Assembly (NCBI GenBank): GCA_052327205.1
Contig: CM126221.1
Location: 43,338,001-43,402,000 of the forward strand
Reading direction: 5' to 3'
Length of the DNA stretch: 64,000 nucleotides
Source of the DNA: Somniosus microcephalus
Lineage: Eukaryota
Part shown: positions 25,122 to 38,850 of the stretch, piece by piece
Position numbering within the stretch: the stretch's first letter is position 1
Layout of the letters: the number at the start of each line of letters is the position of its first letter
Position numbers and translations under genes: made by a program
The notes under the pieces: model-generated
Told to the model about the DNA's origin: nothing
The model's database searches: none
Seen by the model: the letters and a program-made list of their open reading frames with translations, nothing else

Positions 25122-27632
25122 GTAAGTGGCAGCATTTCCAAGGTATAACTTCATATGTCACATTGGAGTGGGTTAGCTGTAAATAAATGACATGTTGTAA
25201 CAATATTAGATTGTTTCAACTCTGTTTTCTTACTATCATAGTACTTTAAAAAAATGCATAAGTTTCACATATTCCTATGTTACAAAATGCTTCAGAATAA
25301 CTCCTAACTTTGTTCTACTGAAGTCATTTATGGACTATTTTTAATTCCAAACTATCCTCACTGTGCAGCTCCTTCACCATATAAAAACAAAAGAGCAGCA
25401 ATCTTTTCGGAAAGGAAATTGAATGCACCATGTACCCTGAGTATAAAATAACCAATGGTCTGGATTTACAGAAATGTACAAGATTCCACATTGGTTTTGG
25501 ATAAATGCAATATTGGGATGAAAATCCAGCACAACCATCTTTCTGCCCCTCCCCCGTCCACCATAACAAAGCTTGCCAAATGCAGTGATGTGTGCAAAAA
25601 AAACAAGCTTCCCTTTGTTTGCGCGTAGAAGAGCTCGGCCTTTTTTTTTATTTCTATTTTTTAAATGAATGACATGGAAACACTAGAAAGAGAAGATAAG
25701 CTGGGAGTAAGCCAGGTTTTCACAATGCCATTGAGCTGAAGGAAGAAATACTACTTTTGTTGGGGACAGGCCAGGATCTGGTTTGTTGGTTTGAACTAAA
25801 ATCGGATCTAATTGGATTTATCCCTAGCAAGAACCTTTTGTGTAGGCATGTGCCTGTATCACTCATGCACATTCTTACCCAAACTATCTTAGGACTGCAA
25901 GTGCCTTCATATTCATATAAACCAGCTGCTGTCATATCTTGTCTCACAACCCCTTTGGTGCTAACATCTTAAATGGAAGTGGCGTACGTTTGCCCACTAT
26001 TACAAGGAAATAATATTAGGATTTTCTAATGTTTTATTGCAAGAATCATTGGTTTTATGTTCAATTAAGAAACAATTGTAAATGTGCCTATTAAAAAATA
26101 ATTTTTAACTGTTTGTAACTTTTAATGAAGCTCTTTCACCCCCACCCTACCTAGCTCTAGATGAGTGTTGGGCTCCACTCGGAGGCTCATGAAATTTTCC
26201 CCTTTTTATATTGCTAGTTTTCTCCCCTCTTTTACTGTAAGCATTGAGTTTTCGCTGGCATAAGGTTCCACAGGCACCTTTTCAAAGCCTCACCCAAGTG
26301 GCCTTTATTCTTGTGTTAGTGTTGACAGTAAGTTTCAGCAGGCTATTTTACCATGGTGGCACCACAATCAAGGCCATCCTGTCCGTGCCCAACATCCATG
26401 CATGTGAACTTCAAACAAGATTCACAATCAGAAGATTTCCTTCTGCCTGAACCAAGGGCCCGATTGCTGTCTGAGCTGAGATTAGCTAACTTCTGGCATA
26501 AAACCTAGGACCTTCCTGGTTTGTATGGCACATCCATTCACTGGACAAACCAGCTCATTGGGGAGCCAGTTTGAAAATGTAGTTGCATTCTTAATTATTC
26601 CAACTTTGCTGTGCTAATTGATTGCAGTCGGACAAAGAGATGGAGTGCTGGTCAGCAGCGGTGATGAGCTTTATTTTGCAAAATAGGGATAACTTTTGAA
26701 GATCAGTCATCTGTGGTTTCTCACCACGTGTTGGCTATTAATGAGCAACATCCTTGGGAGAGTTAGTGACATTCACAGCTCAGAGTTGTCTCTACCACAT
26801 TAAGGATAAACAATAATGGTGGAAGGCAGCCCTGAGAGACACAGAAGTATGAATAAACTTTTAGTGGAGTCTGGGTAGAGCATTTGTTTACACACTGTTT
26901 CACCTTTAGAACATAGGTTGAAATCCTGCCCAAATTAATGGAATGAAAGTCTCCTGTCTCTAGTTATAAAGAATCTGTGTGCAATATGTTGGCCAATTTC
27001 AACTCTTCTTAGTGATTATGGAATCGGTTGTAGAAATGTTACATACAGAAAGCAGTATCAAAGTGTTAAGACATTTTATGCATTACTAGATTGGGAAGAA
27101 TTAGCTTTGCAGATGTTTGCTTTCTTGCACTAAGACAGCTCCATTTATTATTCTGTTTGCTTTGAGCTTCAAAAGCATTTTAGACTTTTCTTTGAAGTTA
27201 CATCAAGATTTCTTTTTTGTTCTGGCCTGTTTGTCAAAATTTTTGCTCCAGACTGTGTTTAAGCTACATTCCTTTGGCAAACTGGCTATCAGTTTGGAAA
27301 AGAACTAAGTATATATTTGGATTAAAATGACCATTGCAAATTTATAGCCAAATGTTTTCTGCACTAGATCCAGTGTGAATGGTATATGATCTAGATTAAA
27401 AATGCCTCCAATTCCTCCTTGGTGTTTTTCCTCCCCTTTTTGCAACACCTTGGAAAGTTTTGCTATGTTAAAGGTGCAATATAAGTGCAAGTTTATGTTG
27501 AAGTTTACAGGAGTTTATTTTGATGCAGGCCTACCATATAACGCATTGGTTCCTTTTTCCTCTGTGCTTTTTGTTGAAATTTTTCAATTCATAATTCTGT
27601 TTCTTTATGCTATAATTTTATCCTTGGTTCAG

Positions 27633-27959
27633 GCCTTGGAGGACGACATCACAAACCAAAGCCAGAACATGCAACAGGCAGTCAGTGTCGGCCAGTTTCT
27701 CATGACGTTGAGCGCAAAACCTGACCAGGAGATGGTAGAGGATAAATTGGAGTCTATCCAGACTCAGTATAGGGAGATTAGGGACAGGTGTAGCCGAAAG
27801 GCAGCCCTGCTCCAGCAAGCCCTTGCCAATGCCAAGATCTTTGGAGAGGAGGAGGTGGAGGTGTTGAATTGGCTGGCTGACGTTCAGGACAAACTCAGTC
27901 TGGTGACCATCAAAGATTACAAATCTGACATCCTGCATAAACAACACAAAGAGCAGCTG
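27633..27959 (+). CDS. MACF1: MACF1 exon, 109 aa (ALEDDITNQSQ...HKEQL), probable cassette exon
   Basis: ttcag| ... CTG|gtatt, 327 nt, phase 0-0. Confidence 0.92.
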
Positions 27960-29221
27960 GTATTTCATTTATTTTTTTTAAGTTTTTTCCATCTGTTGTA
28001 TTAATTTAGTTAATTTAATCTATACTTCACCAATTTCTGTTTAGTTAATTTTCATTCATTCTGATTTGAATAACTTCATTTTAAAGTTGTTTCAGTTGTG
28101 ATTTTTCGGTTGAATTTTAGCATTTGTTTCAAGGTTATCTGCAAGAAATATAAAAGATGCAGTTGAAGTAACTTCCCCCAACCTAACTTGCTATAAGAGC
28201 AAGCTTTTTTCTTAAATACTTACAAATAATGCTTTACTTATTAAAATCCTGAATATTTGCCTTTAGTTTTATTGCTGAATTTATGTTGATTCTTCTTATC
28301 CTATAATTCTAGGTTTCCCCATTTGTCTTGACACATTGCATCGTTTATAAATGTTTTAAAATACAATAAAGTAGACTGAAATATTAAATCACATTCATGT
28401 GGCCAAAAATTTAAGTATTTAAGATGGAGACAAAAATGCTACAATAATGATGCCTCCCTGACCATTTTATGGATCTGTTTTATTTGATTTAAAAAGGAAT
28501 GTCATGGTTAGAAGTTAGTTCTGTTTTGATGATTCATATTTTGGCAATTTAGTTGTTGCATGCTAAAGACCAGCACAAATGCATTTACCAATCTAAGGTA
28601 AGGTTGTAAACACATTTGAAATAAGCATTTAGTCCAATAATGCTGTGAACATTTACAGTAAAATAGTGTAATAAGGTTAAAGAAAAGCAGATGCTTCATA
28701 TTTTAATAGCAAGATTTGAGAAGTGAATCCTTAGACATTCAATATTTTGGTTTAACTCTGTGGATAAATTGGATTTTCTAAAAAAAAAAAAAAAAATCTA
28801 TCTTATTTTTGGCTGTTTTGCTAATTGCACTTTTTTAAATTTCATTTTGAATGTCATCTATTTGATTCATGTACTTAAATTTCACACATATGTGGCTTAT
28901 AAAGCAACATAATTCATAAAACTATGCTATAACCCACTTATAGGTTAATGCTGACCAAAAATAATTTTGTGATGTAACTAGAGTTGAGGAATATGTATAA
29001 ATGCATATTATAAGGAGAGGTTCTGAGGAATCACTGCTCGTTTCACAGTCATTCTCAGCACTAGTAAAAGCAGCTGCTCTGTAAGTTTACTTGCATTTGG
29101 CTGTGATTCAGATTCGGTCCTTTTTGAATCCCTTAGCATTAGAGTCATGAGAAGCAGGAATGATGTTTCCGTAGAAACCTCACCATCCTTTTATTAAGCA
29201 GCTGCAATGATTTCTTTGTAG

Positions 29222-29306
29222 GCTCTGAATGATGACATTATATCCCGGAAGAAGAATGTAGATCAAGCCATTAAAAATGGGCAGGCCCTTCTTAAACAAA
29301 CTACAG
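29222..29306 (+). CDS. MACF1: MACF1 exon (ALNDDIISRKKNVDQAIKNGQALLKQTTG)
   Basis: tgtag| ... CAG|gtaac, 85 nt, phase 0-1; too short for the ORF track. Confidence 0.95.
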
Positions 29307-32300
29307 GTAACAGTTCAGAAACACTCTAAACTTATTTATTTTGTGTTTTTGGTATTGATCTGCTAGGAATGTTTTAATAAGACCAGCAGATACTGGACTC
29401 TAGCGTGAGGGAAGTTGCACAATAAATGACCAAAGATTTTTTCAGTTCTAAGATGTAAACTTTAATCAAGCGTTTGAATTCATTTATTCCATGTTGCCAT
29501 TGTGTTGTCACTTATTAAAGCCCAACATCCATTGTGCACAGTGCATAAAGACACCATCTGCCAGCTTCCTGGCATCAAGAATTGCAGTTGGAACAAAGCC
29601 CAATCCTATCCTTAGTAGTGAATGAGTTAAAATATGCACTCTCTAAAAACATGTTGATTAATATTCTGCAACAGAATGAGAGTTTAAAAAAAAAAAATTG
29701 TACTCCAGGTTTAACAACAATTTTTGAGTAAGGGCTTTTTTTAAAAAGTTGGCCCTTATCTATCACATTGGGGACTGAAGTTCTAAGGTTTTTATGGATG
29801 CAGGATATACATTTCTATTTTATAGAAGTTGTATGTTTTGTTTTTGATTGCTTGATGATCTCCATCCAATAGTGCAGGTGGACAGCCTACTTCCAGTCTT
29901 TCTCTCTTGAACTGACTGCTAGGAGATGTGCAACAGCGGCAGAAGTGATCGCTGGTACAATTTTTTTTCTTCTTCCCAAGGTTCTGTATTGCATTCTCGA
30001 ATGATAAAACTGAAATTGGGAACTTACTTTGTGGGAATTGTGGGCGTGATCTTGGTTACTCCCACTTTGGGGCACAGCTGCACTGTGCCATCCTGCTGTT
30101 CCTAATTGGTTGACATTCTTACCATCACCTTATGCCAGAACAGATAAGAGAATATCTAAAACATTTTTAAACATGGGCCATTCAGGTTTACAGCCAATCT
30201 CTTGTTTTCTTCACAGATTCCTCATCTAAACCCATGAGACAAGTAGCATCTCTATTATTAGTGTGCTGAAGAAAATAGAATGTGTTGATTTGTGAAGTGT
30301 TTCCAAATGTGATAAAGGAATGCTACTGTACTGCTTTAGAGTTTTTTTTTAAACCGCTGGTGTTCAATTCTGCTTTTCAAATGCATTCTAACTTTCATCA
30401 GTTCTTGGTCACCTGCCTTCCTCTTAGTTATCACAGAGCTACAGCTTTCTGCAGTCCAATCCACAAAGAAGCCTACACATTGTTGCTTTTGTTTCAGAGG
30501 TTTCCTGTCTGTTTAATGCAGTGCAAGCCAAGACTACGTTGGCTTAACTTAATTATAATGCTGTTTTATTATTAATGCTTTATATTGCCACAACAAAAAT
30601 TTCGTTTTTGCTTTTCCTCGCCTCAACCCGTGCTATTATCCTCTTGATAAAAGTTTGCGTGGGTGCGATCAATACTATTTCTCTTGTCTGCCAACCTTAA
30701 ATGTGCTTGAGTGATGTGGGAAAGAACCCAACTGATCAGTTTTACTTTGCTCCTTTTCTTGTCTTGAATTGTCATTAGTCCATTGGTGAACAAACCAGTT
30801 TTCTATATTAAAAACAAAGCTCTCGTTCTCTCGCATATAATTTTGATGTACTAGCACAAAGGTTAAGAGCAAGGTGAGAAATTGTATTAGTCCAAGACCG
30901 TGCACTACATGTTTTTATCAATTTCTAGTCGTCATCTGAAATTTTTTAAAATGGAAAGTTTTACCACTAGTTCCCACATTCAATCACTTTGTCCTGACTT
31001 TGCAGAACAACTAGGCTATTTGTAATAAATCAAACACACAACGCTCCAGGGGGGAAATGTGCAAAATGGATATAGTGCAAATACATGCCATGTACTGTAA
31101 GTGGTTGGTTGGTTTTGAGATGCAGTCTCTTGATTCACTTTAGTTTCTTTCTAACAAGTCACAGATGTAGCCTGATTTTATAGGTTGGAACTCTGATTAT
31201 TTTATTGAAAAGCTCACATGACATAATGGAGAATATTAAAGTTCCCGCCATGCTTATATTGAATCTTCTTAAAAATAGATTTATCACCACATGTTGTAGA
31301 ACCAGAATATATAATCAGGAACAGCATCCAATACTTTCTATTTGTAAAGACAATCATAACTCAAGTTATGTACTCCTCACTCATGAAATAATTGATTATT
31401 CTGCTGTTCTTTGTCCTGGAATCCTTTTATAACAGAGACTTAAAATACAGAGGATACAATATTACCAGCAGTGTGATATGATTTGAATCTCCACAAGTAA
31501 AGCTAGCCATATATTTATCACTTTACTGATCATCATACTATTAACACTGGAAATATGTTCTCTTTTTAAAAAAAAAAAAAAAAATCCTCGGTATTTGTAT
31601 AGTTAATATAACAAGAAAATATGTTGAAATGATACTGTAATCTGACTTAGGTCATTGCCATGCCATTACCAGTCATTTTTTTGTTCCCACTAATATTTCT
31701 GTGGTTTAAAAGAGATACTCACTTCCTAGTGCAATCACCCAAGTAAAGCAAAATATCATCAAATAAATAGAAACATGCTGCTAAAATATATATTTTTTAA
31801 ATCATGTTATGTGTTTTTACATTGGAGATCTTAGTTATTTGTATTGACTAAATATTACCATTGCTATACATTCATCAACTATTATTAACTCCTCTTTTGG
31901 ATTCATGGATGTTTATTTAAACTCTATTGGGTAACGTGATATGTATTTACCGGTGTAGTTGTTGATGTGTTATACCAGCAGACTACTTTGTAAATATTTA
32001 ATTAATTCAAAAGAAGTAGACTTCAAACACTTTGGAGTCAATAAGTTAGATAAATGGATTTTTGAGCTATCAAATGGTATGCAGGGAGTCCAGCAAATTA
32101 AGTTGAGCTTGTGTCTGTGCACAATTCACCATCAGGTATTTGTAGCTGAGATTTTACAGTGCTTCAAACTGGAGATTTTCTTTTTTTTGAGTGGATTGCC
32201 AGAGCAACTTTTTTTTTTGAATTGAAAGATTTTTGTAGTGTATTACCTGCTGTTGCAACATATTGGTACATTTACTGCTGCTTAGAAATGTTTAATGTAT

Positions 32301-32479
32301 ATTTAGATGTCTGTTTCATCCATTAGAGTATTGACAGTGTGATTAGTATTAAGACTGAGTTAGCATTAACAATGATGAATCTTTAAAAGTATTTTGTTCA
32401 GTTCATTGAATATTAACATATTCCTATTTCTTTGTGTGTAACTACCCAATATTTTGTTCACTGATATTTGTTTCCTCAG

Positions 32480-32721
32480 GTGAAGAGGTGATAATAATTC
32501 AGGAGAAGTTGGATGGTATTAAGAGCCGTTATGCAGAACTTACTTCTTCCAGTTCCAGAGCACTGAAAACATTGGAGCAGGTTCTGCAACTTGCCACAAA
32601 ATTCCAGGCCTTTAATGAAGAACTGTGTGGCTGGCTTGATTCTGTGGAGGCTGAGCTTGCTGCAAGCACTCCACAGTCACCAGTTGGAGAACAGATTCCA
32701 CAGGTTCATGAGAGACAGAAG
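32480..32721 (+). CDS. MACF1: MACF1 exon (EEVIIIQEKLDGIKSRY...HERQK)
   Basis: ctcag| ... AAG|gtaag, 242 nt, phase 1-0. Confidence 0.95.
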
Positions 32722-32888
32722 GTAAGCAGAGCAGTCAGACATTCAGAATCGGTGTAAGTGAGCTCTCGGAGGAAGGAAAATGGGATAATATATCCACACT
32801 CTCTTGTTCTTGTAATCTGACATGTTCAATTAAATACTACAATCTGTTTTGCTTAACTGAATATTAAACTCATATGCTTAATATTCAG

Positions 32889-33095
32889 GAGTTAAAGAAG
32901 GAAGTGATGGAATACAGGCTGGTCCTGGACACAATTAATGAAGTGAGCAATGCATTACTGGAACTGGTGCCATGGCGAGCGCGAGAGGGTCTGGATCGAC
33001 AGGTGGCAGAAGCCAATGAGCGATACAAAACAGTCAGCGACACTGTCACACAGAAGGTCGAAGCAATAGATGCTGCCATTCAGAGGTCACAACAG
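32889..33095 (+). CDS. MACF1: MACF1 exon ([15 protein letters not shown]...IQRSQQ)
   Basis: ttcag| ... CAG|gtaga, 207 nt. Confidence 0.95.
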
Positions 33096-34140
33096 GTAGA
33101 TTATCTTAGAAACATACATAGAAATGTTTTTGCAACAGTTCTAGCCTGCAAAGTATGAGTATCCAGATGTTCCAAAGGCTAAGTAAGTGAAATTGCCCTA
33201 CTGAATACTACAAACACCAAGTGTGGAGACAAACCTGAACAGGGATTTTAAGCTAACATTTATCATAGCAATAATGCCTGAAGAGCAAATTAGAACCTGT
33301 ATAGCCCATGAACCTCGGAGGTCTGGCCCATGAAGTCCAGGCAACTCCTTTCCACTTGCTCTTGTATTTTTTACTCATTTGTCCTGTTTGTCCTATTAGA
33401 ATTTTGTAGGTGTGTTCTTAGTGCTGTTGCATCATTGGTGGATAAATCCTACATCACAACACCAAAATTTGTTCGTATCAGCAACTTGATATATGTGCAA
33501 ATTGATGGGAACACTAATTTAACATTTATATATGGCACATGGGAAAAATGGTATGCACCTAAGTAGCCCACAAAGATGAGATACTTGAACACTTCTGTTG
33601 TAGCAGATGTGCATTAACCAGTTTCAGTGGCTAGACATTGGACAATACAGACACTGGACAATGTCACTCCTATTAAGATCTTTACTGTAAACTTGTAAAT
33701 TAAGTTAATTGTGCCCTAATCCCTAGAACACTGTTTTATAGAGTAGTGGGATGAAGATTCTGGCCGGAGGCTTCTACAAGTTGAGCTGCCAATCTCAGCA
33801 GTAATAATGTGGAAAGGCAGTAAGTGAGGCCAGGGGCTTCTCCATGGGAATAAAAAAGTCAAAAGGAGAGTACTCCTTTGTACCTAATGACTGCTATCAG
33901 AGTGGCTTTGGCGAGGGCTTGGGAGCAGATTGCACCCTCCCTCAGCCAGAAATTAATTGCAACATGAAGAAATCCAAGGAAGAGGAGAAAATGGATTTAA
34001 AAACAGCTCTTTACCTTTTAGTGTGTCAGTGCGAACAATAACCTGCCTACTCTAGGTCTTGTAAGCTATTAGTATTCTAACATGATCATGAGCATCCAGA
34101 GTGAAAAATTGTGCCATGTGCCGTGTGTAATGACATTATA

Positions 34141-34677
34141 CAGGAAACTCTTTTTTATCCGGCACCGACTGGACCGGCGTGTTGCCGGTTTATCAAAAAT
34201 TCCGGATGACGGAGAGGGTTATCTACCGAGGCTATTTTTAACAAAGAAAATTTAAAAAATCAAGAAATGTGCAGTATACAGTAATTGGGTACTCACCTAC
34301 AGAGTGTTGTGTTAAATGGATGGTGGAAGATGCTTGATTAAGTACAGTACTGCCAGTTGAGGGTAATGCAATGCAATGACTACCAGCAGCGTAGGAGACA
34401 CAGTACCCCTGTAAAATGGCAGATCAGAAGAGACTACCGGCAGCGCGGGAGAGTCCGACTCCTGTTACAGGGGTTTTGAGGTGTTCCGACTCCCGACAGC
34501 GCCAAGAAGCCGAGTAGTGGCAGTTGGAGAACTACCCCCACTGACTAACTCGGCCACCGCAGGAGACTCGGACTCGGCAACATTGCCGGTTATTGAGGTG
34601 TTGTTTTCAGAGCGAGAATTTTGCCGGTTAATAGAGCATTCCGGATATTTAGGTGCTGTTTAAACGAGAGTTTCCTG
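34141..34677. mobile_element. Tc1/mariner-pogo (Tigger-like) MITE, copy 1
   Basis: TA|caggaaactct ... agagtttcctg|TA. Confidence 0.85.
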
Positions 34678-34699
34678 TAAATGCATTCGAAAAGAATGT

Positions 34700-35025
34700 G
34701 TTTGACCCTGAGCTGACCTTCCGACCCCATATCCTCTCTTACAAATATTGCCGACTTCCAACTTTGCAATATCGCGCACTTCTTCTACCTCAATCCATCC
34801 GTTGCTGAATCCCTTATTCGAGTCTTCTGGACTCAGTTACTTCACTGCTCTCCTGGCCTGTCATCCTTTTAAGACAGTTCTTATAACCCACCTCTTTATT
34901 AATAATTTTCACCCATCCTAATTTCTCCCTCTTTGGCTTGGTGTCTGTTTTCCTTGCACCTCTGTGAAGCGCCGTGGGACATTTTTCTTTGTTAAATGCA
35001 CTGCATAAGTGCAAGTTGTTGTGAT
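34700..35025 (+). mobile_element. L2 LINE 3' fragment, degenerate
   Basis: Ends ..gtgaagcgccgtgggacatttttctttgttaaatgcactgcataagtgcaagttgttg, like the other L2 tails in the window. Confidence 0.65.
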
Positions 35026-36234
35026 GTCACTATCCATAGCAACCAGAGACTACTTCCCCACACCCTAAGAAAAGTAACTACAGAACAGCTTGTTAATCCA
35101 TATGATTGTTTTAAAGTTGTCTTTTTTTGTGTGTGCATGTGCATCAATTTTCTGGAAATATATGGCGGTGTGGGTTCTGTGACCATTGCAGTAACACTAT
35201 GGGGAAAAACTGGATGTTTGTGTGATGCATGGTGCAAAAATTCATTGCATTGCAGTTTCCTTGCTCAAAAGTACATCTAAGTGTTCGGGAAGAGTTCCTA
35301 CTTTACAATGGTTTGCAGAATTTCAAGAATGGTACAGCCCAACAAGATGGCCCAAATGACAGTCAAGTTTCATGAGTTGGAGGATCTCCAGAACCTGACC
35401 AATGCAGCCTACTTAAAAAAAAAAAAAAGCCCTTCTTACAATTTAACTCCACCTGATTTAGTGTTTTCTCTGCTGTCACAGTCGTCCAATAGATGGTACA
35501 ATGAGATGGAATGATTTTGAAAATTACATCAAATATATTATTTCCATCTGAATGAGCATTACAGTTGAAAGCAGTAACTTAATTATTTGTAAAGATTATA
35601 TTAGTCTAGTTTTTTCCAACCATAATGCTGATGGTAACCTATTTAAAATGATTAAGTTATCATCAGCATTATTATCAGCAAATCTAGGCCACTGTCTGTT
35701 TTCATATTGGGAAAGCAGGTGCCAATTGGTGGTTGTCAAACCCACTATGACTTAAATCCAGTGGATTGATTCAAACTATCTTTGCAGTACAGTATTTGTG
35801 AAAGAAAGGCTTAAACACTATTTAACTATTATGTCTGTGGTAGATATTGTCAGTTTTATGTTGGGAGGAGTTAGTAACATGAAATTCAAAGGATGGTGCG
35901 GTGGATTTTCCCAAATGTGGTTTTGTTCAGTACTTTAAGTCCTGTACATATTTGCACATTTGAGCATGTTTCTAAACAGTTATTCATAAGTATCAGTCAT
36001 ATGTGGCCTAATATTTGTAAACCACCACTGATTTATATATACTCTGTTTACACTGCGTGAGTGTTTGATTTATATAAATCAGGTGATTTATGTGATCCTA
36101 ACTCACTGGTCATAAACTAGCACTTGGCACACTTCACTACTCAAATAAATAACTGCTTGCCTATAACTTAGTTGCTGTAAAGTGGGCTTCACCATATTTA
36201 TTTGTTAGAAGCTCTTTATTGTTGTATTGTTTAA

Positions 36235-36443
36235 CCCTTTAAGGACTGAGTTTTTTTTTTGCATCTCAAAAAATTTATTTTAAAATAATTAGCATGCGAA
36301 GGTATTGATAATTCTTTCCAGTTTTTCCTCTTGTTTTCAAGTGCAATTTTGCACATGACTAGTAATCTACAGATTAGGTCTGTTAAATATAAATGGGAAA
36401 CATGGCGCACGGGATGCTATTAAAAAATTCAGCACTCAAAGGG
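36235..36443. mobile_element. piggyBac-type MITE
   Basis: TTAA|ccctttaaggactgagtttttt ... aaaaaattcagcactcaaaggg|TTAA; 18/22 TIR match. Confidence 0.75.
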
Positions 36444-37689
36444 TTAAACCTGGCTATGGTTTTCGTGTTGTCATCTTTTCATGAGCTTTTTGATTTTTCA
36501 ATTGCAAACTTCTCCCCGATTAAACTTCATGTTTTCCGCCTGAAGAACCACATCAAATAAACTTCAGTCCTTGCACTCTCCTCTGTATGTTTGAAAATGT
36601 TTACAGGATTGAAATAAAAACATTTTTAAGCTGTTGCAGAATGTAATATGGATTCCAAAATGTGCCTAATTTTTGCAGTGCTTTAATGGTGAATTTGCCA
36701 TGCAGTGTCCCTCATGGAGGGTAACGCCACTTGCTACATTTTTAACGGTACCAGTGGAGCAGATCTTTGTGCTGTAGCAAGGGTAGGGGTTATTTGGCAA
36801 CTATTAAAATCCATTCTAATTATTCACAAATATCTGATGCAATCTCCCTACAATTTTTGGCATCATGCAAAAAAATGTTAAATAACCCTTACTTTTAATT
36901 GTCACTGTTTGATTTTGCAATATCAAATGTGCCCTGAAAAAGGTTTTAACCCTCTCCTATTCAACATGGATGAACGTGGGCCAGTGTGGACAGCTGACAA
37001 CTCCCTTCTCAACTCTTGTTTTCTCAATTGGATTCACAAGAAAGTACATTTATGCGTGACGCTATTATACACTCATACGTAGACCAGGCCTTTAGATGTG
37101 AGCAGGCTATTTAGTGTAAATTATGAGCATAGCATGATTACTTCAAGCAAGCTTCAAGTTCAGTCAAACTAGAGATCTGAAGTTGTCATTCTCAGAGTAG
37201 TACTTATGGGGAACAGATTCTCCACAAAAGCACTTAATGTTAGTTAACTCCCTAAAGGAGTAGGTTGAATAAATGTTGAGTTGGTATAAGGATAAGAATG
37301 ATCAAAACATTTTTCGTATACAGCATATCTTGAACTGCTGAGACCTGTAATATAATACAGTTGAATGCAGAGATGGATAGTTGATTGGCTAAATATTGTA
37401 CAGTTTGGATAAATATTGTACAGTTTCACTTAATTATCTTGAGAGGGATTGGGAGAAAATTTATTGAAACTTCCCTCATGATAAGTACTTGATAGAGACC
37501 ATGTTGCATATGGTGTGTGGAGTGAACTGGCTCAATGCGCCAAATGGTCTTTTCTCCTCACATGCTTTAAGTTGCTTCTTGAAGTGTAGATTTACACTAG
37601 GTAACAAGTAATGAGTTGTTTACTGAACCTCCTATGGATAAATGGTGGCCTTTAATAAACTAAAGCATAAAACCCTTTTAGTGAATTCT

Positions 37690-37990
37690 TGATCTTATCC
37701 AGAACAATACTTGGGATGAGAAACTGTAATTATGAGGAGAGACTTTAAATATTGGGACTATTTCCACTGGAGCCGCAAAGACAAGACTTAATAAAGATTT
37801 TTTAAATTGTGAATGGTTTTGATAGGGTGAATAAGGAAAGACTGTTTCCTCTGGTCACCAATGTAAAAAAAAATCCTCACTGGGATTGAGGAGAAAAGGT
37901 AGAATAAATGTCTTTAAGCAGACTGTTTTTAGGGCATGGAATGCTTTGCATCATGGAGTAGTTGAGGCAGAGACCAAAAATCTACAAAAA
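37690..37990 (+). mobile_element. Degenerate CR1 3' fragment
   Basis: aattatgaggagagact..ttgggactatttccactggag..ggttttgatagggtgaataaggaaagactgtttcctctgg. Confidence 0.6.
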
Positions 37991-38730
37991 AAATAATAAT
38001 TACTGTTCACATTGCTGCGTGCTGAATGAGCTCAGTATATTCTGAGACCCAGGAAAATCTTGTTTAAGAAGCTGCTACATAGGAGACGGTTAAATTCTTG
38101 GACAATTTTGTAGTGTTGCTGAATATTTCCTCTATCCTTTCCCACTTGCCTTCACTGGAAATCAAAATCACACCTTTTTGGTGATGTCAAAGGTTAACAC
38201 AGTAAAACAGCATTCAAATGTGTTTTATTAAACAGGTTTTGAGTGCCAATAAATATATTCTTCTGGTCTGCAATTCAAAACAGTTGGTGTCAGTATGCAC
38301 AAGACAGTGATTTTTGATTTTTCACATTTCATTTTTGTTAAATTAGTTAATTTGCATTATTTTTTCTAAATCAATAAATTAAAAACACATCAGTTGGTAA
38401 ATTTAATGAACCTTCCCTGCATCTAGTAAAAATATTGAACAAAATCTAACAGTATATTACTGTGTATTACAACTGCACTGAACAAGTCCATAATTTATCA
38501 CAGTGCTGCTATGGACTTTTGTACTGTTAGAAAAAGTTGTGAAGCTACCATAAGCAATGATTATTACATTGTTTAATTGAGGGTCAGAGTGACTTTAGTC
38601 ACTGTGATTTTTCTGGCACTACCTGTGTTCCGATTGCAGCTCTGCATCGTTCCTGTCTGTGTGTTTGTGTGTACAGCTGTGTGTCTGCTTTGTTTCCTTA
38701 ATGTTCCGTGCTGCTTCTCCTTTCTGCTAG

Positions 38731-38850
38731 TATGAGCAGGCCGCTGATTCCGAGCTTACCTGGGTGGCAGAAACCATGCGAAAGTTGACAGCCTTGGGTC
38801 CAATAAGGCTGGAACAAGATCAGACAACAGCTCAACTACAGGTGCAGAAG
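38731..38850 (+). CDS. MACF1: MACF1 exon ([40 protein letters not shown])
   Basis: gctag| ... AAG|gtagg, 120 nt. Confidence 0.95.

Noticed and set aside
37390-37427. Direct duplication taaatattgtacagttt x2
   Set aside because: Ordinary local slippage duplication with no evidence of function
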